A program made the position numbers and the translations under genes. Shown in pieces: positions 41,164 to 54,004 of a DNA stretch of 64,000 nucleotides. The notes under the pieces were generated by a model. That model made no database searches, was not told the DNA's origin, and worked only from the letters and a program-made list of their open reading frames with translations. The DNA comes from Callorhinchus milii (Eukaryota), in assembly GCF_018977255.1 (NCBI RefSeq), contig NW_024704743.1:17114001-17178000 (forward strand), given 5' to 3'. Numbering within the stretch: the stretch's first letter is position 1; every line of letters starts with the position of its first letter.

Positions 41164-44100
41164 AAGCATTTACAGAAACAAGTTACTCTGAATCAGTCAG
41201 CACATATTTCTAAAATGCAGGTTGTGCTCGACTGTTTTTACAGGATTTTTTGAGAAAGTGTTATTTTGAAGAATTAATAATCTTTGCATATATAACAAGA
41301 GGATAAATTGATTTGCCACAGGCATTTGATAAGCTAACACCACAAAAAAAGCTTAGGGAATACAACATTAAGGGAAATACAATCTTATGTCTTATTTTAT
41401 TGAGAAAGTATTTTATAAAGAAAGACTCACGTCGTACATAAGATGGTTGGAGGGCAGAAAGTAAAGAGTATGGGTAAATGCTGTCAGTAGAGCCCTGCAG
41501 GATTCTGTGTTGGGGGTGTGATATGCATATGCAGGGTCCCTAAGCCTTGGCTTTTGCCAACCTGAGCCTAATACTTTCCAGAATTAGGTGAGCAGGATGC
41601 ATCCCTCCAGGGAGAGAGTACGCATTCCATTCCAAAAATCTATCTCTGCAACTTCTGTGTTGGGTGGGGTGCATGGAAATCTCAGTGCGTCTTGGATGCT
41701 CTTGAGCGTGGGGCTGGGTTTCCACATGTGTCAGACACCTGGCTGACCAAAAAATATATAGCACTTTTCACACTGGGGGAGCATCTCAGAGCTGAAGGAA
41801 AAATTATTAACATGCATCAAAAACATTTGACACGTTTACTGTATGTGTGACCCTGAAAGGTTGTAAATAGATAAGAGAAGATTCCTTTAAGACATTTAGG
41901 GCTATTCAAGGAATTTTCTGAATTTCAGTAAGGGAACAAGTTTCAAAATAATTGATGGGTACTGTCTGGTCTTTTCTCCCCTGTACAATTTGCTGCTATA
42001 TTTAGTTGCCACTCCTGCAGGATAATTAGATACTGTTAAGGATAAACAAAGTTTAATTTTTCAGTGAACGGAGCACTTGAGCACTTATACACCGTGCTGG
42101 AGCACAAGTCTGATCTCCTTTCCACCCCCACAAACTCTTCTGAATTCAGTTTCTATGCAGTGACAAGTAGCCACCATTAAAGTTCCCCACCCAACAACAA
42201 CTTGCATTTATATAGCACCTTTTACATAGGTAGAGTCTTATAGCGCTTCACAACGGCACAGTTTTGACATCCATCCGGTGAGAGAGGGAAGGTTACCATG
42301 GATACTTTAAACTCGATCTGAAGGAGAGGACAAGGCAGAGGGCTTGAGGTTGGGAGTTCCACAGTTTCAGGGTGTAATGCCTGAAATCACAGCCGTCGAT
42401 GATGGGGCAGAGGGTCGAGGGAGGTGTTTGGACTTTAATTGATTTGTAAGTGTGAGGAACCTGAAATCAATCTGTTCTACAATAGGAGCCTGGCAAGAAC
42501 TGGATAGGGTAGTATTGGCAGATGCTGGTATGAGTGAGAATAGGTGCATCAAAAGTTTTGGATCAGTTAGATTACCCACAGGGAAGACTGAGGGCGAGAG
42601 TTGAATTGGAAGTAAGTATAGACTTCTAGATGGGATCCTAGGAAATCAAATACAATGCTGTTTGAGGAAGGGAAATAAGGGTAATGTCCTCTTAAGCTTG
42701 ATGCCTCCACTAGAAAACACTCAAGCTGAAAAATTGATGAATCAGGAACCAAGGTGTGTTTTTTTTCAAACTACAGGGAGTAACTACCCTTTCAATCATT
42801 AAACTTCCAGCAATTTGAAAAGAAGCATACAGCTGTTGTGAAGTTGAAAACTTCAAACACTGATATATTATTGAAGCTAGATATATTTGGCTCCAATTTT
42901 GGCAAGTAGGGGGATGAAATTGGCAGCTGATAGGGGCTAGAATTTGCAGCCAGAAAACACAGAATCAGTGGGTGGGTAGTTCAAAGCAGACATCAACCAC
43001 AAACCTCAACGGAAGACAGCTTCAAAGATCTAGATCTGCATTACATCCCTGATTCCTACAAATTAATTGTAAAAACAACTTAATGTGTGTGTACTATGAT
43101 ATCAGGAGAAAAGACTGAATAAACATTGTGCTGAACTGCTCGTCAAACTGTCTCGGATCTTTCAAGGGGAACATTTTCTCCTCAGGCCACGAATCAATTG
43201 AGATAAAAAGGGATAAAAGCCAGACACTCCACTCCCTGGCCTCTGCCTAATGCTGTAATATTAGCCTGCAGACAACACACTGTTGTAATGATGTTTCTCT
43301 CCCCGACCACAAAATACATAGAAAATAAATGCATCATAATGGGAGATTTTAAACTTCCATATAGATTAGGAGAGCAATAACAACACAAGTAGAAAAGCAA
43401 AATGGTATATTCATTTGCATTCAGGATAAAGTCCTATACTATACCAACATGTTTCAATCCAACAAGAGAGCAGACAATACACAACTTAATTATGAACCAG
43501 AATTAGTTGGCAATCTGGTCGCAAGGGGATATTATGGAAGTAATAGGACAGTATTTGATATTGGCCTTGGGGAGTAAAAACAGCCAAAACTAAGGTGCTG
43601 GACTTCACTAAATCCAATTTTGAGACAATGAGGAGAAAACTTCCTGAAATACAGTGAAAGTTGACAGCTAAGGAGGTTTATACAAAACTGTAATCAGTGA
43701 ATTAAAAAACATGTGGATACCCGTAAAAAGGCAAGAGCATTATTTCTGGGATGAAGCCACCATGGCTGAGGAGAATGATTAGGACTTAACAAAATGAAGA
43801 GATTTATGCAAATATGCAAGCGCAAGGGAAATAGATAAGACTGAGGACTGTGAAGATTATAGAAAGCTATAAAAGAAACCCAAGACATAATTAGGACCAA
43901 GAGAATGCAAAAAAAGTCACTGCAATCGTCACTGCAACGATTATCATTGTGCTTTGATTTATAGTGACCATTTTTATTTCAGAGTACAATTACAGTATGT
44001 AGTTTTGAACCTGGTTGTGAAATGTTGTTGGGATTATTATCTAGTATTTCTGAAGTTTTTAAATATTTAAAACTTCATAAAAAACAAATCGTGCAGAAAG

Positions 44101-45677
44101 TCAATAACATCTGTTAGTTTCAACAATCAAATACTGTACTATAGTCTGTTGGATAACAAGCCATCTGGACTTCGTTTTACTCAAAGAGTATTCTTATAGC
44201 ACTATGTATCTCGGAAAATATTTTAAAGTTGCCAAATGCCACTCTTATTAAATGGGTCACAAGCGCCTGGAACCACTTGTCCAGCAGAATGTTGCCACGC
44301 AGACACATGGTGTGTCCGTGTCACAACAAGCCTCGAACTTGCAGTTTAGCTTGGTACTACAATGCAGTGCTTGGAAGTGCACTGAACTGTTGTAGGTGCT
44401 GTCCTTCACAATAGATAAACTGATATCCCTTCTACCTGTTCAGCTGGATGTTCAAGACCCTATTGAACAATTCAAAAATGAAAAGGCACATTCTCCCAAT
44501 GTCTGGGACAACAATTCACCAGATCACACTGATCATTCACTTAATGGCTGTTTGTGGATCATTGCTGTATGCAAATTGGCTGCCAGGTTAATGGCAAAAT
44601 ACACATCACTACCCTTTACAGTAAATGCTTTGAGATATCCTCTTCACATGAGACTACATCAAATACATTACTATTGCTGGCTCATGACTTTACAATGTCC
44701 ATAGGATCACATGCCCTGGCCAGAAAGCACTCTGAACAAAATGATTCTCTTTGTCCAAACTGAAAACAATTCTATAGTTAGAATTTGAGGATACTAAAAT
44801 AATAGCATCTAGTGACTTTGCAGATCGAGGGTCAATTTCCAAGAGCAAGATATAAAGTGTCAGTCTGAAAGAAAAATAGAATTTGTGTGTAATGTCACTG
44901 TTGTCCATTCATGTACTGGTCAGTGATTGCTTGAGGGGGTATGCACATACCCACTTCAGTTTCCTCAAATGAAAATGATCTTTATAAGTTACAAAGAATC
45001 ACTGTGTTTTTGAGTGATTTATGCACTCACAACAGCAGGAGTAGATTTACATTTTGTTGGAACACCCAGTTAACATGACCTAAAATGTCAAAACGTCTCA
45101 AAGGTCTTTACAGAGAATTACAGTCAAGTACACTGACCATTTATGGCTAGTACAGGAAAACAGCTAGCATTCCAACAGCATTCCAACTTCTACTAAGAGG
45201 TATTGGGTACACAGAGTACCTGAATGTAGAGTTTATTATAAAGCAATTATTGCCAAGCTAGACAGAAGACAACTTTTGCCTCCGGTAAAGATACAAAACA
45301 TGAGCATGTAATCTTACAGTGGAGCTAGTTAGAAGTAAAACCAGAAAACATTTATCATAGAGAATTGTGTAATGCACCATCCCAGAAGGCTGCAGATGCA
45401 GAAGTGAATTTGTAGGAAAAAGGGCAATGTTGAACTCCAGCACAGCCTTGGTTCTTCCCACGCTGTACCTATCAAGCATCCCACCAGGAAAAGAGTGCAC
45501 ATTCCATTTCAGACAAGGGAAATTTCTATCCCTCTGTGTCACTGATATGTGGAACTCGGTCTGGTTTATACACCCCTAAGAATGGTGATGGGCTTCCATC
45601 AGCTGAGGGTGATGTCCTGAAGATCTGTGCCTTAAAGCACCTCATAATGTACATAAATACCTAAAATACTTTCATAC

Positions 45678-45736
45678 CTGTTCACATGCATCTCTGCAAA
45701 TTGGATACTCTCTAGCTTGGTAACAGCAGGATACAT
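45678..45736 (-). CDS. RECK: RECK coding exon 2 (DVSCCYQAREYPICRDACEQ), CK1
   Basis: 59 nt; ttttgcag acceptor and gtatga donor; matches human ALCCNHSKDNQMCRDVCEQ. Confidence 0.95.
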
Positions 45737-46440
45737 CTGCAAAATAAAAAATGATTGAATGTCATATTCTGGCATCCATTACTGAATATGTTCCGAAAAT
45801 CAGGACTAGAAGCAATTGCCGTAGTTTGCAGTTAACACTGTTTACCTGGAGCAAGAAATACAACCACAAATAACGACACCTATCCTGCACACCTAAATAC
45901 GTTTCAAATTCTAAATATTCCTATTCTTTACTTCCCCTACCATTTTTTGATAATTAAAAAGGTAAATGTTATATTCACATTGGATTTAAAGTTATTGTAC
46001 CTGGAGTTTAGACATTTCTGATCAATTGGCAATATTATAAACAATAGATTTATTTCCATCTATAGAAGACGTACACAATTTTAGAGATTTTTTAATTTTC
46101 TGGATACAGTATTCAATGAAACACTTCACGAATATGTGAAGCATCCTGAAAATACCATCAAGTAGTTACATAAAACTTTAATATGTTGGTTCATCTGATC
46201 CCAGAAAAACAACAATTCCTTTTCATTGTCATTTTATTTTGAATAAATTTGATATTGATAATTGATTTTTTTAAGAAAATTGTTTCAGATGTTGCCTATG
46301 ACAACAATACTAGTTGCCCTAGTGGTTCTCGCAATTATTCTAACTTTTGACCTGTGTTTATTCCCTACTTGTGTGTTGGACACAAATTATCCAAGATATA
46401 TTCGCAAGCAATTTAAACTGTTCAGTAAAGCATAAAATAC

Positions 46441-46513
46441 CTTCAGCTCCACATCTGAAGATCTTCAGGACCATAACCAGCAGCAAGAGTGCAAAGATGC
46501 TGCTTTGGGCCAT
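46441..46513 (-). CDS. RECK: RECK first coding exon, signal peptide MAQSSIFALLLLVMVLKIFRCGAE(D); full exon probably 46441-46526
   Basis: ATG at 46513-46511 followed by a hydrophobic core; donor G|gtattt in phase 1 joins the next exon as G|AT=D; acceptor ttcttgttttgtag just above 46526. Confidence 0.85.
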
Positions 46514-46779
46514 CAGGAATTTGTTACTACAAAACAAGAAGATACCATCAACGTCAGCACAATCCAGGTGAGAAAAAGCTGTTTCAGTAGCTGTAGCTCT
46601 TATGGTGTAGCTCCACCATCGCATGAGATAAAGAAGGTGACTAGCAAGGGACCAACCTAGAATTAAAGGAAGACTCGGTTTGTAAAGGAGCAAACAATGA
46701 GAAATAACATCTTGGATTTGGTTATGAGCTGGGCCAAGCGCAGGCACACATTTTCCACTACAACGGCTCTCATCCGCTA

Positions 46780-48085
46780 CAAACAACGCCTCGGGTACTA
46801 ACTACCGCCCCATCTCCAACCTCCCTTTCTTCTCCAAGGTCCTGGAACGAGTTGTTGTTTCCCAGATTCGCTCCTTCTTCTCCAGCCACTCCCTACGAAC
46901 CCCTCCAATCGGGTTTCCGTGCCACCCACAGCACAGAAACTGCCCTGGTCAAAGTGACAAACAACATTTTGTCTATATTGGAGCAGGGCTCCCTCTGCCT
47001 CCTCCTCCTCCTCCTCCTTGACCTCTCTGCTGCCTTCGACACCGTTGACCACTCTATCCTTATCCACCGCCTCTCCTCTCAGGTCAACCTTCACGGCTCC
47101 ATGACTGGTTCAGATCGGACTTCCCACACCGCCTCCACTTCATCTCCACAAACAGTTTCTCCTCTAGCCCCTGCACCGTCTTGTGCAGTGTGCTCAGGGC
47201 TCTGTCCTTGGTCCCCTCCCCTTCAATCGTGGAGTCCTGTAGCTCAGTGGTTAGAGCACTCGCTTTGCAAGCGAGAGACCTGAGTTCAATTCCAGGCAGG
47301 GCGAAACCTTGGGCAAGTTTCCTTACTCCACACGCCTAATAATAATCCCTCCAAAAACCAAAAACAATAATAAATTGGTCATTTTCAACCTACGACTGTT
47401 TGTGGGACATTGCTGTGCGCAATTGGCTGCCGCGTTCGCCCACAAAAAATACAGTCAATTCACTTTACAGTGTGTTCTGTGAAGCTCTTTGGGACGTCCT
47501 CCCGACGTGAAAAGCGCTATATCAAATGCAAGGATTATTATTATTATAATATCTATGTGCTCCTTCTTGGTGACATCATCCGCAGACATGGAGTCAACTT
47601 CCACATGCATGCAGATGACATCCAACTGTACCCCTCTGCCTCCGCCCTTAACTCCAGGACCACTGTCTGTCAGACATCAAGTCCTGGATGAGATCTAATT
47701 TTCTTCAATTGAACGTCAACAAGACTGAGGGCCTCCTGATTGTCTCCCGTCAGCGCCTTCGTAACTCAGGCACTGATGGCATCACCATTCATGGAGACAC
47801 ACTCCACCTTACTAAGCCAGTCGCCCATCTCACCATTGGCAGGCGGGCCTTCTGCCACTCTACCCTCACCCTCTGGAACTCCATCCCGCAGTCCCTCCAC
47901 CTCGCCCCCTCCCTTGCCGCCTTCAAGACTCATCTCAATATCCTCTTTTTCGACTGTGCTTTCGTTCGTCCTGCTTCCCCCCACCCCCACTCAATCCTGA
48001 CCCTCGGGTCCGAAACTCTGAATGTCCACAACCTTGGGACGTCCTTCCGACTTGAAAGGCGCTACACAAGTGTAATGTTGTTCTT
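46780..48085 (+). mobile_element. L2 LINE fragment (RT region) split by the SINE at 47229-47547
   Basis: [17 protein letters not shown]...[20 protein letters not shown] (a YADD-equivalent); NFLQLNVNKTE. Confidence 0.9.
47229..47547 (+). mobile_element. Full-length young tRNA(Ala)-derived SINE inserted into an L2 fragment
   Basis: Same head, body and tail; anticodon arm CTCGC-TTTGCAA-GCGAG; L2 sequence continues on both sides. Confidence 0.92.
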
Positions 48086-48984
48086 GTAGTAACTTTTAGA
48101 CTGGACTGCGCTAGACACCAAGTCACCTGCGCTGTTTGCTCAACTATGGCCGGAGCGGCTCCGATGGTGCATGTGTAGCGCGGTGAATTTTGGGATCGCG
48201 GAAGCAGCGGGTGTGGGCAATTGACTTCGCTGGTGATAAACCCCGATAGGAAAAGCAGCTGCGTCACACTACTGTGACAAATTCTTGGTAAGTGCTGTAC
48301 TATTGAAATTAAAATATTTAATATTTTAAACATAACTACATTTTCAGGAAATATATACCTATAGTCTTAATTGGGATTGTTTCACTTTTTAGGTTGTACA
48401 GTACAAAAATGTCCAAATGTTTTTGTAAATCCTGTGAGGAAGCCAAGGGGTAGCACCTCATTTTCCATTTTTTTTCCAATAATCTATGATGTGTTATTTC
48501 TTCATGCTTAATTTTTAAAAATGAGAAGAGAAAAAAATGTAAGTTAGCAGCAAAATGCATCTGTCAACAGCCCAATTAATCCTCTACAATTTTCTAAGAA
48601 ATTCAACAAATTCTCCAAAACCTTCCACAAAATTTGTAAAGTACTCCACATTTTGGCAAATATTTCCGCACTTTTCTATTGACCCAGTTTATGAGTAATA
48701 GGGTCGATCAAATCTCCAACACAAAGGTGAGTGAGGGATTAAGTAATAGTTATCACTTTTGATATTACAGGGATTGGTGATAAAAACCCAAACAAAATGG
48801 TCACATTTTTAAGAGGATCAACTTTGTCCTCTTGAGAAGTCTGGTCAGAGCGGGCCTGGCAGGTTTTAAAAGTTCCTTCAAGGAGGTGATTCGGAATGCA
48901 ATGGACCAATCTGTACTCGTGCAAAATAAAAGTACCAAGCTTAAAGGCACTCCTGTCTGGTTGGATGGGGTCAATTCACTTTAC

Positions 48985-49306
48985 AATAATAATAATAATA
49001 ATCCTTGCATTTGATATAGCGCTTTTCACGTCGGGAGGACGTCCCAAAGCGCTTTCACAGAACACACTGTAAAGTGAATTGACTGTATATTTGTGGGCGA
49101 ACGCAGCAGCCAATTGCGCACAGCAATGTCCCACAAACAGTCGTAGATTGAAAATGACCAATTTATTATTGTTTTTGGTTTTGGAGGGAGTATTATTAGG
49201 CGTGTGGAGTAAGGAAACTTGCCCAAGGTTTCCCCCTGCCTGGAATTGAACTCAGGTCTCTCACTTTCAAAGTGAGTGCTCTAACCACTGAGCTACAGGA
49301 CTCCAC
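48985..49306 (-). mobile_element. Full-length young tRNA-derived SINE (short subfamily)
   Basis: Reverse complement is nearly identical to 47229-47547. Confidence 0.92.
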
Positions 49307-49984
49307 AATATAGGCACTGCATAGGTTTTTCCTAATCTGAGTGTCGAGGAGCACATCCTCCTTTTCTAGTTTAAGTAAAAAGCCGAGTTCCCATATTTGG
49401 AAGCTGCTGTGAGTCAAATGCTCCGTGAAACCACCCTTTTAGAAGCTGTTTGATATTTATATAGCACCCTTCAGGGAGACTTCTACAAATCGAATAGATC
49501 CTAGAGGCCTTATTTAGCCAATTCCTTGCACATACCTCCAGGTTGTAAGTGCTGTTATTTCACAGATGCATGAATGTTTGTTAGATTTGGGTTTTTTTTT
49601 GAGAAGATGGGTAGGAATTGAAATCTGAGTGAGAGAGAGATGCTTGGAGTTGTTGGAACAGCTATACCGCAGCTTTGTATAGTGTCCTGTAACATTTTAC
49701 GTAGCAATGTGGTGCGCCATGTGTATTATGTGTTGTGTCTCCTCCAAGTATACTGAAATCAGATGAATAACCAGCAAGCACCAGGGTTGCTTGGTTTTGT
49801 CTACACGCTGAACTTGAAACCTTCCCTAGCTGTCATTTGTACATCTCTGTGTTTCACAGTAACCCAGCTCTTAATCTCAAAGCTCCTGCAAGAGATATTT
49901 GTTCATTGCACCAGCTAAGCTGCTTTTTTATAATGCACTTTCAGCATCAGGCAAGATATCCTCTTGGAGACGCATGGAACTCCA

Positions 49985-50325
49985 AATAATAATAGTTCTT
50001 GAATTTGATATAGCGCCTTATCATGTCGCTAAGATGTCTCAAAGCAAATCACAGAATATATTGTAAAGTGAATTGACTGTATTTTGTGGGCGAAACGCGG
50101 CAGCCAATTGCACGCAGGAGTGTCCCACAAACAGTTGTGGATTGAGTGACCATTTGGGGGGGGTGGGGGGGGGGCATTATTACCCCCAGAAAATGATCCA
50201 TCAATCAACAAATAACCAGATTCCTACTTACTGCTAGACAAACAACAACAACAACCTTCACACGGATAGCGCCCCGGAGTACTTGAGGCGTCTGGAGTAA
50301 GGAAACGTGCCTATGGTTTTGCTGT
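49985..50325 (-). mobile_element. SINE, longer subfamily, abutting a CR1 fragment
   Basis: Shared tail and body motifs. Confidence 0.75.
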
Positions 50326-51250
50326 CAAAGAAAACCAGTAAATTAGATTTGCAAGATATCCCCTTCATGAAACTATTTTGGCTATCTTTCATGGTTTTAT
50401 TACTGTCCAGATGCTCCATGATCTTATTTTTAATAAGTCTCCATAACTTTACACACAATGGACGTCAAACTCATTAGTCTGTAGTTTCCTGGGTCACTTT
50501 CACACCATTTTTAAAAGTAGGAATAACATCTGCCTTTCTCCAGTCCCCCGGCACCTCACCAGTATCCAGTGATTTCTGAAAGGTTTGTGCCAGAGTTCCT
50601 GCACCTCCCGTTCTAAATTCCTTAAGGATTCTCAGATGCAATTTATCTGGCCCCTGAGATTAATTTTACCTCACGTTTGCATGGCTGTTCGGCAACCATA
50701 CTGGTAGCGATGTGAACAGTGTCACAGCTTATCTTGGCAACACCCTTGAGTTAATAATAATCCCTCCAAAACAATAATAAATTGGTCATTTTCAATCCAC
50801 GACTGTTTGTGCGCAATTGGCTGCTGCATTTCGCCCACGAATATACAATCAATTCACTTTACAGCATATTCTGTGAAGTGCTTTGAGACGTCGCAAAGAT
50901 GTGAAAAGCGCTATATCAAATGAAAGGATTATTATTATTATTATTCTCATTCGAGATTAAATAAAGTGACTGGTCTCCTCCTCAGTAAAAGCTGAGGCAA
51001 AAAACTTATTTAGTACTTCTGCAGCTCGTGTAGCATCATTTGTCATGTCCTCACCTGATCCCACCTTCAATGGCCCAATTCCATGCCTCATTTTTCGTTT
51101 TCTCTTAATGAAACTGACATTTTTTTTATTATCCTTCACATCTCGTCATGTTCAGTTCAAAAAATTTCTTTGCCATTCAGATGCCTTTTTTTTTACAATC
51201 CTGGCATGCCTTCTGCTAATGAACCTGTCTGGCATTTTTTTCCCTTAAAT
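50326..51250 (-). mobile_element. Decayed CR1 ORF2 fragment, interrupted by a SINE at about 50753-50945
   Basis: KNKIMEHLD...DSQNSFMKGISCKSNLLVFFD; AEVLNKFFASAFTEE. Confidence 0.8.
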
Positions 51251-52428
51251 GCCTTTTTTCCCCTTTATAAGTTGCTTTGTGAATAGATTACACAAATACC
51301 TACAGCACTATAATTATTAATTAACAACGTAATGTACAGGGTCTTTGAAAGAAAAAATTTGGAGCTCTGCTCAGAATACTTAATGTCAAATCAAAACTAT
51401 AACTTTTAATAAAAATGGAGAATCAAACAACTAAAATTAAGAGATAAATCTCTTCGAGCACAGCCCCAACGTCACGTACTGAAAGAACAGCAGCTTGCTG
51501 CTTAGAGTGCTCTGTCAGCTTAATGATAGTTGGCAACAGAAGAAAAGACAAGCTTCCAATAAATCATATGAAATATAGTTCATATGAAGCAATGACCTTT
51601 TCAGTGGTCTGTCATTGGAGGCCAGTGACTGGTTGAGAATTTGGGAGCAGATTCCTTAACTACTTAAGTTTTCGTATTGTTTCAATGAACCAATGACAAA
51701 CCCGTAAGACAAAGGTAATTCACCAAATATGAATTCCTCCAGGAGGAATCTATCAACAGCGATGTCCTTGACACCAAATTAAATCCAAAATAACTTTATT
51801 GTGAAATTATTTGGCTCTCTCCCTGTGGTGTACAACTTCAAACAAAGTTTTATTTGGAGGCCTATATTTGACTCAGTGCTGAAGTCTGATTGCACTTTTG
51901 GACCATCGATCAGTTGTGGGAGGGGAAGGACAGATACTGAATTACAGAAAAAAATAACTTTGTAAAGACAAGATTAAACTATTTTTCACCCCACCGTAAT
52001 TAAAAGGGAAACAAATTAAACCACTGGTATTGAGCAGTGTCAATGCAACAGATATCATCAATATTCTTGCCTCTGCACATTCACAATGAGTAAACCTAAA
52101 CGTTTTGAGTCCATTTCTGAAGGAGAATTATTATACAACACAATCAACTGAAACTTAAACTAACAATAACCTTTCCTCTTCTCACCCAAAAAATGGAGGG
52201 ACCTGCAGGTGATCCTGCAGGTTTGTCAATTCTGATCCCTGACATTGGTCCATCAAAACAGCATCAGTTTAAGTACAGCTGCTACTCCACTTACAACAAT
52301 AATAATAATTCTTATATTTGATATAGCACTTTATCATGTTGTTGAGACATCTCAAACGCTTCACAGAATATATTATAAAGTAATACAATAATATAGATGT
52401 TAAAACAATTAAAAGAACAGTCACTAAC

Positions 52429-52570
52429 CTGAACTACTTCACTTGATTTTGTCTCCACTTTTGCAACACTTGGTCAACACAGTGTTATAGTCAATGCATT
52501 CACACATTCTCTGCATTCACCAAGAAATGACAACGATCTTCTCTCTGTGGGTCCCATTTACTCCCTTGCT
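52429..52570 (-). other. Candidate 142-nt non-coding 5' UTR exon
   Basis: Acceptor ttgttgttacattccag and donor CAG|gttagt; stop codons in all three frames; no transcript evidence. Confidence 0.3.
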
Positions 52571-53352
52571 CTGGAATGTAACAACAAAAAACACCTTAAA
52601 ATATATTTTCGCACTCCAACACTATTTTTCCACCCCATTACTTTCAATCTCATAATTTGTATGTTAATAATCTGGTGGGACATCTAAGTGCTTCACAGAA
52701 TATACTGTAAAGTGGATTTGACTGCATTTTACATGGCTAACCAGTCTGAGTTAATCTGAAACATGACAAAGGTGAACACAGCAATGGAAACACATTTAAC
52801 AAATTATCAAATTTTAAAAGCCTAATGCCCAGTATGCATTTGCAATAAGGAAATAGATGAATGAATTTATTTTGCCATAGGGGGCTGTAGGATTCAAAGA
52901 ACTCAGATTGCACACCAGAAAGGGAATGAAAGGAAGTTGCCCACTAACAGTTATCTACAAGACATGTTTGTTTTGCAAAATCAAGGAACATTGAGGTGCA
53001 GACTTGGAGCCTAAAGAATGGTTCACATATAAATTACATTTGTATAGCACCTTTCACGTTGGGAGGACGTCCCAAGTAGCACCTCAAGTAGATTTTATAT
53101 CTTAAAATGGTTCACTATCAATCAGCACGAGTAGCACCAACATTGGCTTAATACACGACAACATGTTTGAGAAGAAAAAAGCATCAACTACTGTGTATAT
53201 AATTTAAATGTAGGTTTAGACTAAATGGGTTTATTAGGAGATTTGGTCAGTCTATAGCCTTGATACGTATTCCTCGCTACACTGTACATTCTTATAAACC
53301 TATTTAAAGTGAAACATCAGCCACCTAGCTATCTGTGATTGTAACTGTACCA

Positions 53353-53562
53353 TAATAATCCCTCCAAAAACAAAACAATAATACAATTGGTCATTTTCAA
53401 CCCACGACTGTTTGTGGGCAACTGCTGTGCGCAATTGGCTGCTGCGTTCGCCCACAAATATACAATCAATTCACTTTACAGTATATTCTGTGAAGCGTTT
53501 TGGGACGTCTAGAAGTCGTGAAGAGCGCTACATCAAATGCAAGGATTATTATTATTATTATT
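53353..53562 (+). mobile_element. 5'-truncated SINE
   Basis: Body and (ATT)n tail of the young family; similar truncated pieces at 50753-50945 (+) and 38805-39030 (-). Confidence 0.8.
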
Positions 53563-54004
53563 ACCATGCTTTGATTTTAAAAAAGAAATTGAAACATGTG
53601 GGAATGGTATCGATTCTCAAAGTAAGCACTGACACCAACTTCTTTCTTTGTTGTGAAATAAATTTCACCCATTCTTCAGATGTGTGTAAATTCTGCTGTA
53701 CTAAACTGAGTGGCCTCAAATAAAGCGTGATGTTTATCCAACCACGTCATTTTGACATCCCAATGAAAAGACAAACAATTGAAAATAACCCACCACTTCT
53801 CTCACTGCAGGAGTAAGATCTCTCAACAGCAGCACCTGACACTGAACCCTTGGATAAGGTTTGTATTTGAGAGAGCCCTTTCAAATCCACCCTTTGTAAA
53901 ACACCACACAATTCCCCTTCAACTGTTTATTTTTTATTTATGGAAACAAATTCCACAACAATACAAGGCATTTCTTATCAGACCACAACTTCTCACCCTG
54001 CAAA

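Noticed and set aside
46358..46786. 142-aa ORF as a stand-alone gene or long first exon
   Set aside because: Only 46441-46513 fits RECK; an acceptor at 46527-46528 and a donor at 46440-46439 delimit the real exon
47229..47300. tRNA-Ala(UGC)-like sequence (also at 32950, 24580 and 49306)
   Set aside because: No proper acceptor stem, and it is always followed by SINE body and tail, so it is a SINE head rather than a tRNA gene
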